Positions 48,006 through 56,633 of a DNA stretch of 64,000 nt are shown piece by piece (within the stretch, counting starts at the first letter, position 1; each line of letters opens with the position of its first letter). The position numbers were made by a program, and so were the translations under genes. The notes below the pieces were generated by a model that saw only the letters and a list, made by a program, of their open reading frames with translations, was not told the DNA's origin and made no database searches. The DNA lies in the NCBI GenBank assembly GCA_964602665.1, contig CAZRRH010000001.1, positions 72,414 to 136,413 of the forward strand, read 5' to 3'. The DNA is from an uncultured Candidatus Saccharibacteria bacterium. GTDB lineage: Bacteria; Patescibacteriota; Dojkabacteria; SC72; WJKH01.

Positions 48006-48920
48006 TTATATAATATACTGCGTTTTTTTCAAATGAAGCAAGGTTCCTTGATAATGCTCATTTTGGCTCAAAGATTCATATGGATTGCACGATAAAAATT
48101 TCCATAAATCTCTTAGCCAGAAGTATTCTACAAGATTTTTATCACCTTTTCCAAAATAATAATCAATTTGTTCTTTTGTTTTATATTTGCAGTCAACAAC
48201 TAAAAAAGCGTAAGTTCTTGCTCTGTCAAGTTGTGTATCACCGATAAGCATTTTTTCAAAATCCAGTATCCCTGTTATTTTATAGTTATTATCAAATAGA
48301 ATATTTCCGCGGACAAAATCCATATGTACAAGCTGTTTGTTAGAAATCGGCCTGTTTATAATGTTTTTGTACAAAACTTCTATTTTTTCGATTTCAATTT
48401 TGATGCCAAGTTTTGTCTCTATCGTTGGAAGATTCTCCGCGTAATATTTGTGTAATTTTTTATAATCAATCGGAAGATAATCATTCCAGCTTGGAATATA
48501 TCTTGTTCCTTTGTAATCGTGTAAAACGGCGTGCATTTTATTCATCGTTTCTGATAAAGAAGTAAGATGTCGTCGTGTATACGCCTCCCATGATAGGGTT
48601 TTGCCCTTAATAAAGTCGTAGATTCCTAAAAACCGTCCATCTACCTGTACTATTTGGTTGTTTGTCACTCTACAAGGGATAGAGTTACTTTTTAAAAAGA
48701 GACATATATCGTTAATTTCTTCTAAAAAGTTTTTTGCATAACTATTATTATAGCGGTTTTTATTATAGAAAATCGCTATATAATTTTTATCTCCAATGCA
48801 TATTTTATAAACATTGTTCATAAATCCTTGCTCAATTGCAAAGACTGAAATTTGTTTTTGATCTTCAATAAGCTTTGGATAATACTTTTTTACGATTTGA
48901 GCAATATTTACTTTGGGCAT
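48006..48920 (-). CDS. choline/ethanolamine-kinase-like phosphotransferase (APH fold)
   Basis: 304 aa. Brenner motif HMDFVRGNILF and ILDFEKMLIGD (the choline-kinase IDFEY-type motif). Confidence 0.55.
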   Translation of the reverse strand: MPKVNIAQIVKKYYPKLIEDQKQISVFAIEQGFMNNVYKICIGDKNYIAIFYNKNRYNNSYAKNFLEEINDICLFLKSNSIPCRVTNNQIVQVDGRFLGIYDFIKGKTLSWEAYTRRHLTSLSETMNKMHAVLHDYKGTRYIPSWNDYLPIDYKKLHKYYAENLPTIETKLGIKIEIEKIEVLYKNIINRPISNKQLVHMDFVRGNILFDNNYKITGILDFEKMLIGDTQLDRARTYAFLVVDCKYKTKEQIDYYFGKGDKNLVEYFWLRDLWKFLSCNPYESLSQNEHYQGTLLHLKKTQYII

Positions 48921-49576
48921 TTTAATAAATCATACTGCTGCTTGAAGGTTTTTAGCATAAAAAGAAGCATGAAGCTAGCACCTAATTGCTCGCTCATTTC
49001 TTCAAATGTTATTAATGTGACATAGCTTTGATGATACAAAAAACATGTTGAATGTGAGCTTATAAGTTCTAATACAATAACAGATGAAAAGAAAAAGAAC
49101 GATAAAAAGAGGAATAATCTATTGTTTCTAATCTCTTTAATCATAAAAATAAAAAATATTAAAGCTGCGATCATAATGGGGATGTAATATATCAGCCAAG
49201 GTGAAGAATCATATCCACTACTTTGTGCTACGCCAAAAAGGTTTTTAAGAACAGGAAGCATTTGATCAAGATGCTTCTGGATGTTGTCATGTATCTGTCC
49301 TAGCTCGTCAACAGCTAGAAACATAAATCCTAATAAAAATCCCAAGAAGACGATTGCTTTTCTCTTGGTTAATTTGCCTGAGAGTTTAATTAGGACTAAT
49401 ATATTAAAAGCTAGTGTTGCAACGGTGGAGAGTTTGATTCCTTGGTACATTGTTGGAAAGTTGCTTTCGTAATCCATGTTAAAAAAATCAAATTGTGGGA
49501 AGATTAAGAACAATCCTAGTACGACAAAATCTAGTAAAAAGGGCAAAAAGTAAATATAATTTCTATTAATTTTCAT
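48908..49576 (-). CDS. integral membrane protein, unknown function
   Basis: 222 aa, ~6 TM helices. Translationally coupled to neighbours on both sides. Confidence 0.35.
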   Translation of the reverse strand: MKINRNYIYFLPFLLDFVVLGLFLIFPQFDFFNMDYESNFPTMYQGIKLSTVATLAFNILVLIKLSGKLTKRKAIVFLGFLLGFMFLAVDELGQIHDNIQKHLDQMLPVLKNLFGVAQSSGYDSSPWLIYYIPIMIAALIFFIFMIKEIRNNRLFLFLSFFFFSSVIVLELISSHSTCFLYHQSYVTLITFEEMSEQLGASFMLLFMLKTFKQQYDLLKCPK

Positions 49577-50268
49577 TTCTTTAATATCTCTTCTAGTTTA
49601 ATATATTGACCATATACGACTTTATCTGTGAGAGAAGGTTTTTTAACATCTCTATACAAAACACGATCCTCAAGTAATTTAAAAATTGGCTTTATCTTAT
49701 CTTCTGACACTATCAGCATAAGTTTTGGTGGAAATCTAAGCTTGGTCCTTATTACGAGCATATACTCATCATTTCGTTTATAAAAACAGAAGTCTTCCAT
49801 GATGTACCATTCATATAGATGACTTATTGAAAGGATATCTTTATCCTCCTCAATGCTTATAGGTGTTTCAATTCCTCTTGTAGTTATGCGGTTTTTGATT
49901 TTAATTGGCTCATAAATTCCACTTACATAAATGAAAAAAAGAAGCGCAATTAACGCTCCCATAAGGCCATATTGCCCTAAAATTACTAGATAAACAACAA
50001 AAACAGCAGATAGCATTACAACAGCAAGGTATGTTTTTTTCTCAAAGGAGATTTTAAGTCTAATAGGTGCTTCCCAGTCGTATATCTTGATATTTTGAAC
50101 GATTTTTTCTCCATCTGAGTTGCTAGAATCTAAATGAGCTTTCCCACTTTCTATGCTTTGATCTCGTTTTTTTTGTTTTACCTGCTCTCTTCTAACCTTT
50201 CTTTCCTGCTCTTTTTCGAGCTCTAGCTCTCCAGAGAGTGCTTTTGCAATAGATTGTAAATCAGCCAT
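49573..50268 (-). CDS. membrane protein, unknown function
   Basis: 231 aa. Charged N-terminus, two central TM helices, soluble C-terminal domain. Confidence 0.35.
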   Translation of the reverse strand: MADLQSIAKALSGELELEKEQERKVRREQVKQKKRDQSIESGKAHLDSSNSDGEKIVQNIKIYDWEAPIRLKISFEKKTYLAVVMLSAVFVVYLVILGQYGLMGALIALLFFIYVSGIYEPIKIKNRITTRGIETPISIEEDKDILSISHLYEWYIMEDFCFYKRNDEYMLVIRTKLRFPPKLMLIVSEDKIKPIFKLLEDRVLYRDVKKPSLTDKVVYGQYIKLEEILKK

Positions 50269-50272
50269 ATTT

Positions 50273-50635
50273 TCATTTAATTAAAATTATTCCTAGTATT
50301 ACTATTACAGCAATAACAGCACCCCATTGCCAACTTAGCAAGTGAGTAAAATTTAGGGCGACAAGGAGCAGGAATATTACTGATAATCCAATGCCCCACT
50401 TTGTAGCTGCTTTCTGATTTGAATCTTTTCTCTTTGCTATTTTTCTTATTATATAAATCAGAATCGCAACAGCACTTTGTATCGCAAAACATAGTAAAGC
50501 TAAGGTTACCAAGACATTATACCAGTTTATCTCACCTTTTGCATCTATAGGCAGAAAAAAACTGTTGCCTGTTAAATAGTACAGGAAAATTACACTCCAC
50601 AGTAGGATTATAAGCTGTACTGACAGATATTTCAT
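50273..50635 (-). CDS. small integral membrane protein
   Basis: 120 aa, four hydrophobic helices. Confidence 0.35.
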   Translation of the reverse strand: MKYLSVQLIILLWSVIFLYYLTGNSFFLPIDAKGEINWYNVLVTLALLCFAIQSAVAILIYIIRKIAKRKDSNQKAATKWGIGLSVIFLLLVALNFTHLLSWQWGAVIAVIVILGIILIK

Positions 50636-50717
50636 TTATATTGCATTATAGGGCTTATGTAAGTGACTGAATCTGTTATATAGTAAGTTTTAAATAATTT
50701 ATTATATCATAACACAA

Positions 50718-51455
50718 ATGAACAGCATAATAATAGAAAACAATAAAACTGTTAGCAGGATTATACAGATTGGGTTAAAGAGTTACGGTTATAGTTGCGA
50801 TATAATGCCAAAAGGAGACTACTCAAAGATGGAATTTATGCAAAAAATTGAAAATTCTGTTAGCAAGAATCCTTATACCCTTGTCATTATTGATACAAGC
50901 AATCCGCTTTTGCAAGACAGTGTCACGATGAGAAAAATTGTCCGAGCAATAAGAGAAAAGTCTCCAGAAATTAATATTATCGGAGTCATACTCCTTGGTC
51001 AGTGGAAAATGAAAGTTGATTTTTTAAATGCGGGCGGAGATGACGCTTTATCATATCCGTTTATGATGCAGGAGCTACTTGCGAGGATACAGGCTTTGAT
51101 AAGGCGACCTAAACAAAGCTATGGCACTGTTTTAAATTTATACGACATGCAAATTGATACAAGTAGTAAAACAGTTTATGAGAAAAAGTGCGAAGTTCCT
51201 CTTAAAAGGAAGGAGTATAACATAATCGAATATATGGCGATAAACAGAAATCGCCCTATAAGCAGAAGTGAGCTAATGGATCATGTATGGGATTACAAAA
51301 GGATTGTTTCCTCAAATACTGTTGATGTACATATAAATAAGCTTAGACGGAAGCTTCAAAATCCAGAAAGGTTACAGACAATCCATGGATTTGGATATAT
51401 GCTTAAAGATTCTTCGCCTAAAAAAGACAATGAATCTATTAATAAAGGCTTGTAA
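50718..51455 (+). CDS. OmpR/PhoB-family response regulator with an atypical receiver domain
   Basis: 245 aa. Winged-helix C-terminus (PLKRKEYNIIEYMAINRNRPISRSELMDHVW...TVDVHINKLRRKL...HGFGYML). The receiver lacks the N-terminal acidic pair (IIIENNKT); a candidate Asp lies in LVIIDTS. No kinase gene adjacent. Confidence 0.55.
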   Translation: MNSIIIENNKTVSRIIQIGLKSYGYSCDIMPKGDYSKMEFMQKIENSVSKNPYTLVIIDTSNPLLQDSVTMRKIVRAIREKSPEINIIGVILLGQWKMKVDFLNAGGDDALSYPFMMQELLARIQALIRRPKQSYGTVLNLYDMQIDTSSKTVYEKKCEVPLKRKEYNIIEYMAINRNRPISRSELMDHVWDYKRIVSSNTVDVHINKLRRKLQNPERLQTIHGFGYMLKDSSPKKDNESINKGL

Positions 51456-51486
51456 AAGAGATATAAATATGGTATAATTATACTAT

Positions 51487-52197
51487 ATGTCCGCGACTTT
51501 GAGATCTAGAAAATCAGGATGTTCTGGTTGCTTTTTTTTTCTTGTTTTTATTCCTATAACGCTTTTTTTCCTAATAATATTATTAGGGATCGGTTTGGGA
51601 GTATATTTGCGCAAAGATTACATCTCTTGGCAAAACGATTTTGAAGGAAAAATAAGTAAATCAGAGTACATATATTATGATGGTGTGACTGTGTATGACG
51701 ATGCTGATGGGACAAAGATAAGGTTATCAGCTGATATGCAAAGCGAATTAGAGAAAAAGCTTGCGGATTTTAATAGTACAACAGGCGAAAAAACCAGGAC
51801 GCTTGAGCTAAATGTTGATCAATCACATCTTTTGTTGGGGCAAAGTATCCAAAAAGGTATGCCTGATACCCTTAGTTTATATAGGACATATCTTGATACT
51901 GATGATGGAAAATGGCTTTTCTATATACAATTTAAAGTACGAGCAGTTCAAATGCCGTGGATTATTTTAGGACTCCAAAAGGGTGAATATGAGAGCCCGA
52001 TTTTTTCTGTGGAGTCTGTTAGAATTGGGAATTATGATCTCGATGATATTGGATTATATTTTGTACGAGAGCAGATAAATGGGAGTATTAAAAGTGCATA
52101 TGATATTATTGCTCAGAACGAGTGGAGTAGTCTTGTTATTGAAAATATTGAACTAACAAAAGAAGGAACTGCTGTAAAAGGAGTAAACCAATTTTAA
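51487..52197 (+). CDS. membrane-anchored hypothetical protein
   Basis: 236 aa with an N-terminal TM (FFFLVFIPITLFFLIILLGIGLGVYL) and a soluble domain. Confidence 0.35.
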   Translation: MSATLRSRKSGCSGCFFFLVFIPITLFFLIILLGIGLGVYLRKDYISWQNDFEGKISKSEYIYYDGVTVYDDADGTKIRLSADMQSELEKKLADFNSTTGEKTRTLELNVDQSHLLLGQSIQKGMPDTLSLYRTYLDTDDGKWLFYIQFKVRAVQMPWIILGLQKGEYESPIFSVESVRIGNYDLDDIGLYFVREQINGSIKSAYDIIAQNEWSSLVIENIELTKEGTAVKGVNQF

Positions 52198-52225
52198 ATT
52201 TTGAATTTAAAATTCAAAATTTAAA
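52193..52225. repeat. perfect 33-nt AT-only palindrome (16-bp arms) overlapping the stop codon of the upstream gene
   Basis: tttaaattttgaattt-a-aaattcaaaatttaaa read directly. Has a single G:C pair, so it would be a weak terminator and is a candidate protein-binding site. Confidence 0.5.
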
Positions 52226-52233
52226 TGGAGCTC

Positions 52234-52263
52234 TTGACAAAGGGTAGGATACTTTGCTAAAAT
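52234..52263 (+). promoter_or_regulatory. sigma-70-type promoter of groES-groEL
   Basis: TTGACA (52234-52239), 18-nt spacer, TAAAAT (52258-52263). Lies ~65 nt upstream of groES. Confidence 0.55.
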
Positions 52264-52272
52264 ATTTTAGCA
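52255..52272. promoter_or_regulatory. perfect 18-nt palindrome TGCTAAAATATTTTAGCA overlapping the groESL -10 (CIRCE-like operator variant)
   Basis: Outer arms TGCTAA/TTAGCA equal the last six bases of the CIRCE half-site GAGTGCTAA, but the canonical 9-nt spacer and the CTC/GAG ends are absent. Confidence 0.45.
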
Positions 52273-52328
52273 GATTAGATGTGTAATTGCTAATTAATTA
52301 TTATTTAACTTTATTTAACAATATAAAT

Positions 52329-52619
52329 ATGTCAGAGAGAAAAGTACAAATACAGCCTCTTGGCGAAAGAGTGCTAGTGTTACCCGACGCAAAAGAGGAA
52401 AAAACAAAGGGTGGTCTTATTATTCCTCAGACAGCAGAAGAGGAAAAAGCTTCTTGTGGTACAGTGGTTAAGCTTGGAACACCACGCAAAAAAGATTATA
52501 AATTTCATGTAAAAGAGGGAGACAGGGTTCTTTTTAAAAAATATTCACCAGAAGAGGTAAAAATTGACGAAGTAGAATATTTATTGATAGATGAGGCTGA
52601 TATATTGGCCATAATCTAA
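52329..52619 (+). CDS. groES: co-chaperonin GroES
   Basis: MSERKVQIQPLGERVLVLPDAKEEKTKGGLIIP...; start placed at ATG 52329 (the track ORF begins 14 codons upstream). Confidence 0.9.
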   Translation: MSERKVQIQPLGERVLVLPDAKEEKTKGGLIIPQTAEEEKASCGTVVKLGTPRKKDYKFHVKEGDRVLFKKYSPEEVKIDEVEYLLIDEADILAII

Positions 52620-52661
52620 TAGGATTTTAATTATTTATTTAAGTTTTAAAAATTAAGAAAT

Positions 52662-54299
52662 ATGACAAAGTATGTAGTTTATGGAGATGAAGCAAGAAAA
52701 CAGCTAAAGAAGGGTATTGATGCCGTTGCCGATGCTGTTAAAGTAACTCTTGGACCTAAAGGTCGAAATGTTGCATTGAGTAAGAAATTCGGATCACAAA
52801 TTGTGACAAAGGACGGTGTTACTGTCGCAAAAGAAATCGAGTTAAAAGATCCTGTAGAGCAAGTTGGAGCTTCTATGATACAAGAAGCCGCAAGCAAATC
52901 TAATGATAAAGCTGGTGATGGTACAACAACAGCAACTGTGTTGGCACAGGCAATTGCCAATATGGGATTGAAAAATGTCACAGCCGGAGCTAATCCAATT
53001 GCTCTTAAAAGAGGTTTGGATAAAGCAGTCGAAATAGTTGTAGAAGATATAAAGAAAAATGCAAAGAAGATTGAAACAAAAGAGCAGATACAGCAAGTTG
53101 CTACTATTTCTGCAAACAATGATGAAGAATTAGGAAAGATGATTGCAGACATTTTTGACAAAGTCGGTAAGGATGGAGTGATCACTGTTGAAGAGGCGCA
53201 AGGATTTAGCAATGAGATAGTTTATACAGAGGGCATGGAGTTTGATCGAGGATATGTAAGTCCTTATTTTGTAACAAATGCTGAGACATTAGAGGCAGTT
53301 TTGGATAATCCTTATATATTTGTAACTGACAGAAAACTATCTTCTCTACAGGATATACAGGCAATTGCCGAAAAAGTTTTGCAGGCAGCTGACAGACCTT
53401 TGCTTATCATCGCAGATGAGGTAGAGAATCAAGCTTTGGCTACTCTAGTTGTTAATAAATTGCGAGGAACTCTTAATGTAGTTGCAGTAAAAGCACCAGG
53501 ATTTGGTGATAGAAGAAAAGAGATGTTGCAAGATATTGCAATTCTTACTGGAGCCGAGTACATTTCTGAGGATACTGGGCGAACATTTGATAGTGTATCA
53601 ATAACAGATTTAGGAACCGCAAAGAAGGTTATTATAGATAAAGATAGAACTGTTATCATCAATCAAGATAATGGGCAAAATAAAGATGCTGTTGGAAAAA
53701 GAATTGCAGAGATCAAAGCCCAAATTGATAAAACGACTTCTGATTATGATAAAGAAAAATTGCAAGAGAGACTTGCAAAATTATCTGGTGGAGTTGCCGT
53801 GCTCAAAGTCGGTGCAGCAACAGAGGTTGAGCTTAAAGAGAAAAAATATAGAGTTGAAGATGCAATCAATGCAACAAGGGCTGCTTTGGAAGAGGGTGTT
53901 GTCGTCGGAGGAGGACTTGCATTGTTTAATGCTGTTGATTCTCTAAGTAAGCTTAAATTGGAAGATGAAGATGAGAAAATCGGAGTTAAAATACTAGAAA
54001 GTATCCTCTCTGAGCCACTTAAGCAAATAGCACAAAATGCCGGTTTTGATGGCGCAGTTGTCGCATCAAATTGCAAGGGTAACAAAGGGTTTGACTCAAA
54101 AGAGTGCAAATATGTTGATATGTTTGAAGCGGGAATAATTGATCCTGCTAAAGTTGTAACAATGGCACTTCTTAATGGAGCATCTGTTGGTACTATGCTT
54201 ATAACAACAGAGGCTGTTGTAGCAGACGAGCCTGAGAAGGAGGATGCTCATAGCCATGCTGGTGCAGGTGGTATGGGAGGCATGGATGGGATGATGTAG
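52662..54299 (+). CDS. groEL: chaperonin GroEL
   Basis: 545 aa ending with the GGM-repeat tail ([13 protein letters not shown]). Canonical GroEL motifs throughout. Confidence 0.95.
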   Translation: MTKYVVYGDEARKQLKKGIDAVADAVKVTLGPKGRNVALSKKFGSQIVTKDGVTVAKEIELKDPVEQVGASMIQEAASKSNDKAGDGTTTATVLAQAIANMGLKNVTAGANPIALKRGLDKAVEIVVEDIKKNAKKIETKEQIQQVATISANNDEELGKMIADIFDKVGKDGVITVEEAQGFSNEIVYTEGMEFDRGYVSPYFVTNAETLEAVLDNPYIFVTDRKLSSLQDIQAIAEKVLQAADRPLLIIADEVENQALATLVVNKLRGTLNVVAVKAPGFGDRRKEMLQDIAILTGAEYISEDTGRTFDSVSITDLGTAKKVIIDKDRTVIINQDNGQNKDAVGKRIAEIKAQIDKTTSDYDKEKLQERLAKLSGGVAVLKVGAATEVELKEKKYRVEDAINATRAALEEGVVVGGGLALFNAVDSLSKLKLEDEDEKIGVKILESILSEPLKQIAQNAGFDGAVVASNCKGNKGFDSKECKYVDMFEAGIIDPAKVVTMALLNGASVGTMLITTEAVVADEPEKEDAHSHAGAGGMGGMDGMM

Positions 54300-54322
54300 A
54301 TTTTTTATCACCTGTGTTTATT

Positions 54323-54360
54323 AAGGGGGCTGTGATTTACAGCTCCCTTTTGTTTTGTTG
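54323..54360. terminator. bidirectional rho-independent terminator between the convergent groEL and GT2-like genes
   Basis: GGGGGCTGT-GATTT-ACAGCTCCC hairpin (9 bp, one G-U) followed by TTTTGTTTTGTT; an A-tract precedes it, which serves the opposite strand. Confidence 0.6.
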
Positions 54361-54361
54361 G

Positions 54362-56551
54362 TTACTCGTATTGGCGATTATATTGACGGGCCAATCTTGT
54401 AGAATAAGATTTCTTCTTAAAAAATCTTACTAAGTTTGGATATCTTCTTTCTCTTCTTATAACATCAAGTTCAAGTGAGGCTGCTATCATCCAGACAATT
54501 TTCTCATTTCTTAACGGATCATTTCTGTCTACGCCCTCAATCGATCTTATTAGAAGATCGACTTCTTCTCTTCGTAATCTTATCCGCTTTAATCCTCCTG
54601 CATAGTCATTTAAATCTTCTAACACGGTTTGGCAAGTTGCTTGAACAAGGTCAAAGGTTTCTTTAGAGGTAGAAGATAATGAATTTTGCCGTTCTCTTAG
54701 GTTACCGTGACACGATATGGGGGTTACTCTTATCATTGGAAGAGCAAAGGGGTTGTTAGTGGCTTTCGCATGATAAGTTATTTGATACCATAAATCTGTA
54801 TCCTCTCCTACATCCTTTGCAGAATTCCATCCCATGATTTCTCTATAAGCGCAAAGACGATAGGCGTAAGATCCGTTTATTGATACTGCGTTAACTGATT
54901 TCCTGCCTGTAGAATTAGTTTCAACATCAGTAAGCATTCCCCACAATCCGCTTCTTGTAAAATATAAGGTTTCGCTTCTTGCGTTTTCATCTGATAAGTT
55001 CTTAGTTATTTTTAATGCTAATATTAGGTCTGTTATTAAGTTAGCAGGCAGGGGAGGTCTGCCTAGCGCTTCTTCGATAAACCCTGCTGTCAAATTTAAT
55101 TCACTTGTAAAGGATGGGAATTTTTGCTTTATTAAATTAACGATTTGTGATAATGCGTCAGGAACTATTAAAGAGAGAGCAACTTGCACCTCATCTGAGC
55201 CTAAAAAAGAGCAAAGATCTTCAAAATCTTGTGCTGAGATTTTGGCTAATTCGCTTGTTAATAATTTTGGATATGGTATAAACTGTGGTGGACCGATAAG
55301 CACATCAGAATTTTGGGGTTGTTTTGATAGTCTTAAAAACGCAGATGGTTCGATTAGTGCATCTGCATCTACTGGTATCACCCAAATTTTATCACTTTTT
55401 TCCTTTTGAATTGCGGCGTTAACACGATGCTCAGTTAGTAAAGCTAATGCTCTTCGATGACTACCCCTGTTTCTAATAGGAAAAAAGTCTTTTATTTCTG
55501 AATCTTCATTATGACCACAGTAGACGCCATCAGTACAATCAAGTATACATATTTGCATCCCTTTTTGCACACAAGCTCTTGTTCTTTTCGCTATTTTATG
55601 AAGTTGCGATCCAAGAGGAGATGTTGCATCTGGAATCCAGTCAAGCTCGGATAAAAGAGCATCTATAGGCTTTGATAAATCTGTCACTGCTCTTAGAAAT
55701 TCTAGCGTTCTTCTATTACCTATTGGCATGTTTTGGGAATCGTTGTTTACATTGACTTGCCATTCTACTGCGCTTGGACTTATTCCCTCTTTTTCCATTT
55801 GCTCCACTGCAGTCGAAATAGAATCGAGAAGCAATAATATACGACCAGCTGTTTCGACCTGACCTGGTAGACTGCTAATTTCGTTGTAAGCGATTGTTTG
55901 TACGACAATTTGTAGATCTTGATTTACAGGAGGCAGATCAGCTGTTTTGATTTTTTCTTCTATAAACCTCGGTTCTTCTCTATGGCCAAGTAGTTCTCCT
56001 ACTTGTGTATTATACGTTGCGGCATTTAGTACTTCTTCTAAAGAAAAAAGTTCATGGCGTATTTTATTTTCATGTCTTTGTGGCCTATATGCATAAAGAT
56101 CTTCTTCGCCAGGTGCAGTTGCTTTTAAAACAAAAGCTACTATTCTCTCTAGCTCTTTTGGCAAGAAAACTTGTCTTATTTCAGATATAGCTCTAACCAG
56201 ACTTTGAAATTTAGGCTGAAAGCCAATCCTTATTAGTGATCCTGAAGAAAATAGCAAATGAAAACCTGTCATGTTAATATATTCAAACTCTGCTCTTTGG
56301 ATTGCTTCCTCAATTTTTGTGGCAAAAACAGGATTTTGTAAAGCAAGCGATGTATCTCGAATTTTCATAAAACTAGAAACAAAACCGGAAATTATTGAAG
56401 GATAATTCTCTTTGCCAATATATACATCTAGGGAGAGAGGTTTCTGAGGGTCTGTTTCTGAAATCCACCTGGCTGCTTCTTCTTCGCAGTATGCCAAATC
56501 TTCCGCAGTAACTGCTAATGGTTCTTGCTGTTCTAATTCTGTATCTGACAT
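54362..56551 (-). CDS. large cytoplasmic protein: N-terminal domain of unknown function plus GT2-like (GT-A fold) glycosyltransferase C-terminal half
   Basis: 729 aa with no signal peptide or TM. DXD-like VIPVDADALI. AYREIMGWNSAKDVGEDTDLWYQI resembles the GT2 C-terminal motif (xRxxGGFDE...GEDxDLxxR). Composition is visibly Arg/Ala/Leu/Glu-rich compared with the Lys/Ile/Asn-rich neighbours. Confidence 0.45.
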   Translation of the reverse strand: MSDTELEQQEPLAVTAEDLAYCEEEAARWISETDPQKPLSLDVYIGKENYPSIISGFVSSFMKIRDTSLALQNPVFATKIEEAIQRAEFEYINMTGFHLLFSSGSLIRIGFQPKFQSLVRAISEIRQVFLPKELERIVAFVLKATAPGEEDLYAYRPQRHENKIRHELFSLEEVLNAATYNTQVGELLGHREEPRFIEEKIKTADLPPVNQDLQIVVQTIAYNEISSLPGQVETAGRILLLLDSISTAVEQMEKEGISPSAVEWQVNVNNDSQNMPIGNRRTLEFLRAVTDLSKPIDALLSELDWIPDATSPLGSQLHKIAKRTRACVQKGMQICILDCTDGVYCGHNEDSEIKDFFPIRNRGSHRRALALLTEHRVNAAIQKEKSDKIWVIPVDADALIEPSAFLRLSKQPQNSDVLIGPPQFIPYPKLLTSELAKISAQDFEDLCSFLGSDEVQVALSLIVPDALSQIVNLIKQKFPSFTSELNLTAGFIEEALGRPPLPANLITDLILALKITKNLSDENARSETLYFTRSGLWGMLTDVETNSTGRKSVNAVSINGSYAYRLCAYREIMGWNSAKDVGEDTDLWYQITYHAKATNNPFALPMIRVTPISCHGNLRERQNSLSSTSKETFDLVQATCQTVLEDLNDYAGGLKRIRLRREEVDLLIRSIEGVDRNDPLRNEKIVWMIAASLELDVIRRERRYPNLVRFFKKKSYSTRLARQYNRQYE

Positions 56552-56633
56552 AACCTAGTTTACTATTTTTGCAACGCATAAACAAGTCTAGAATCTCCCT
56601 TAAAAAGTTCAAATGTGATAAAATAGCGAGTAA

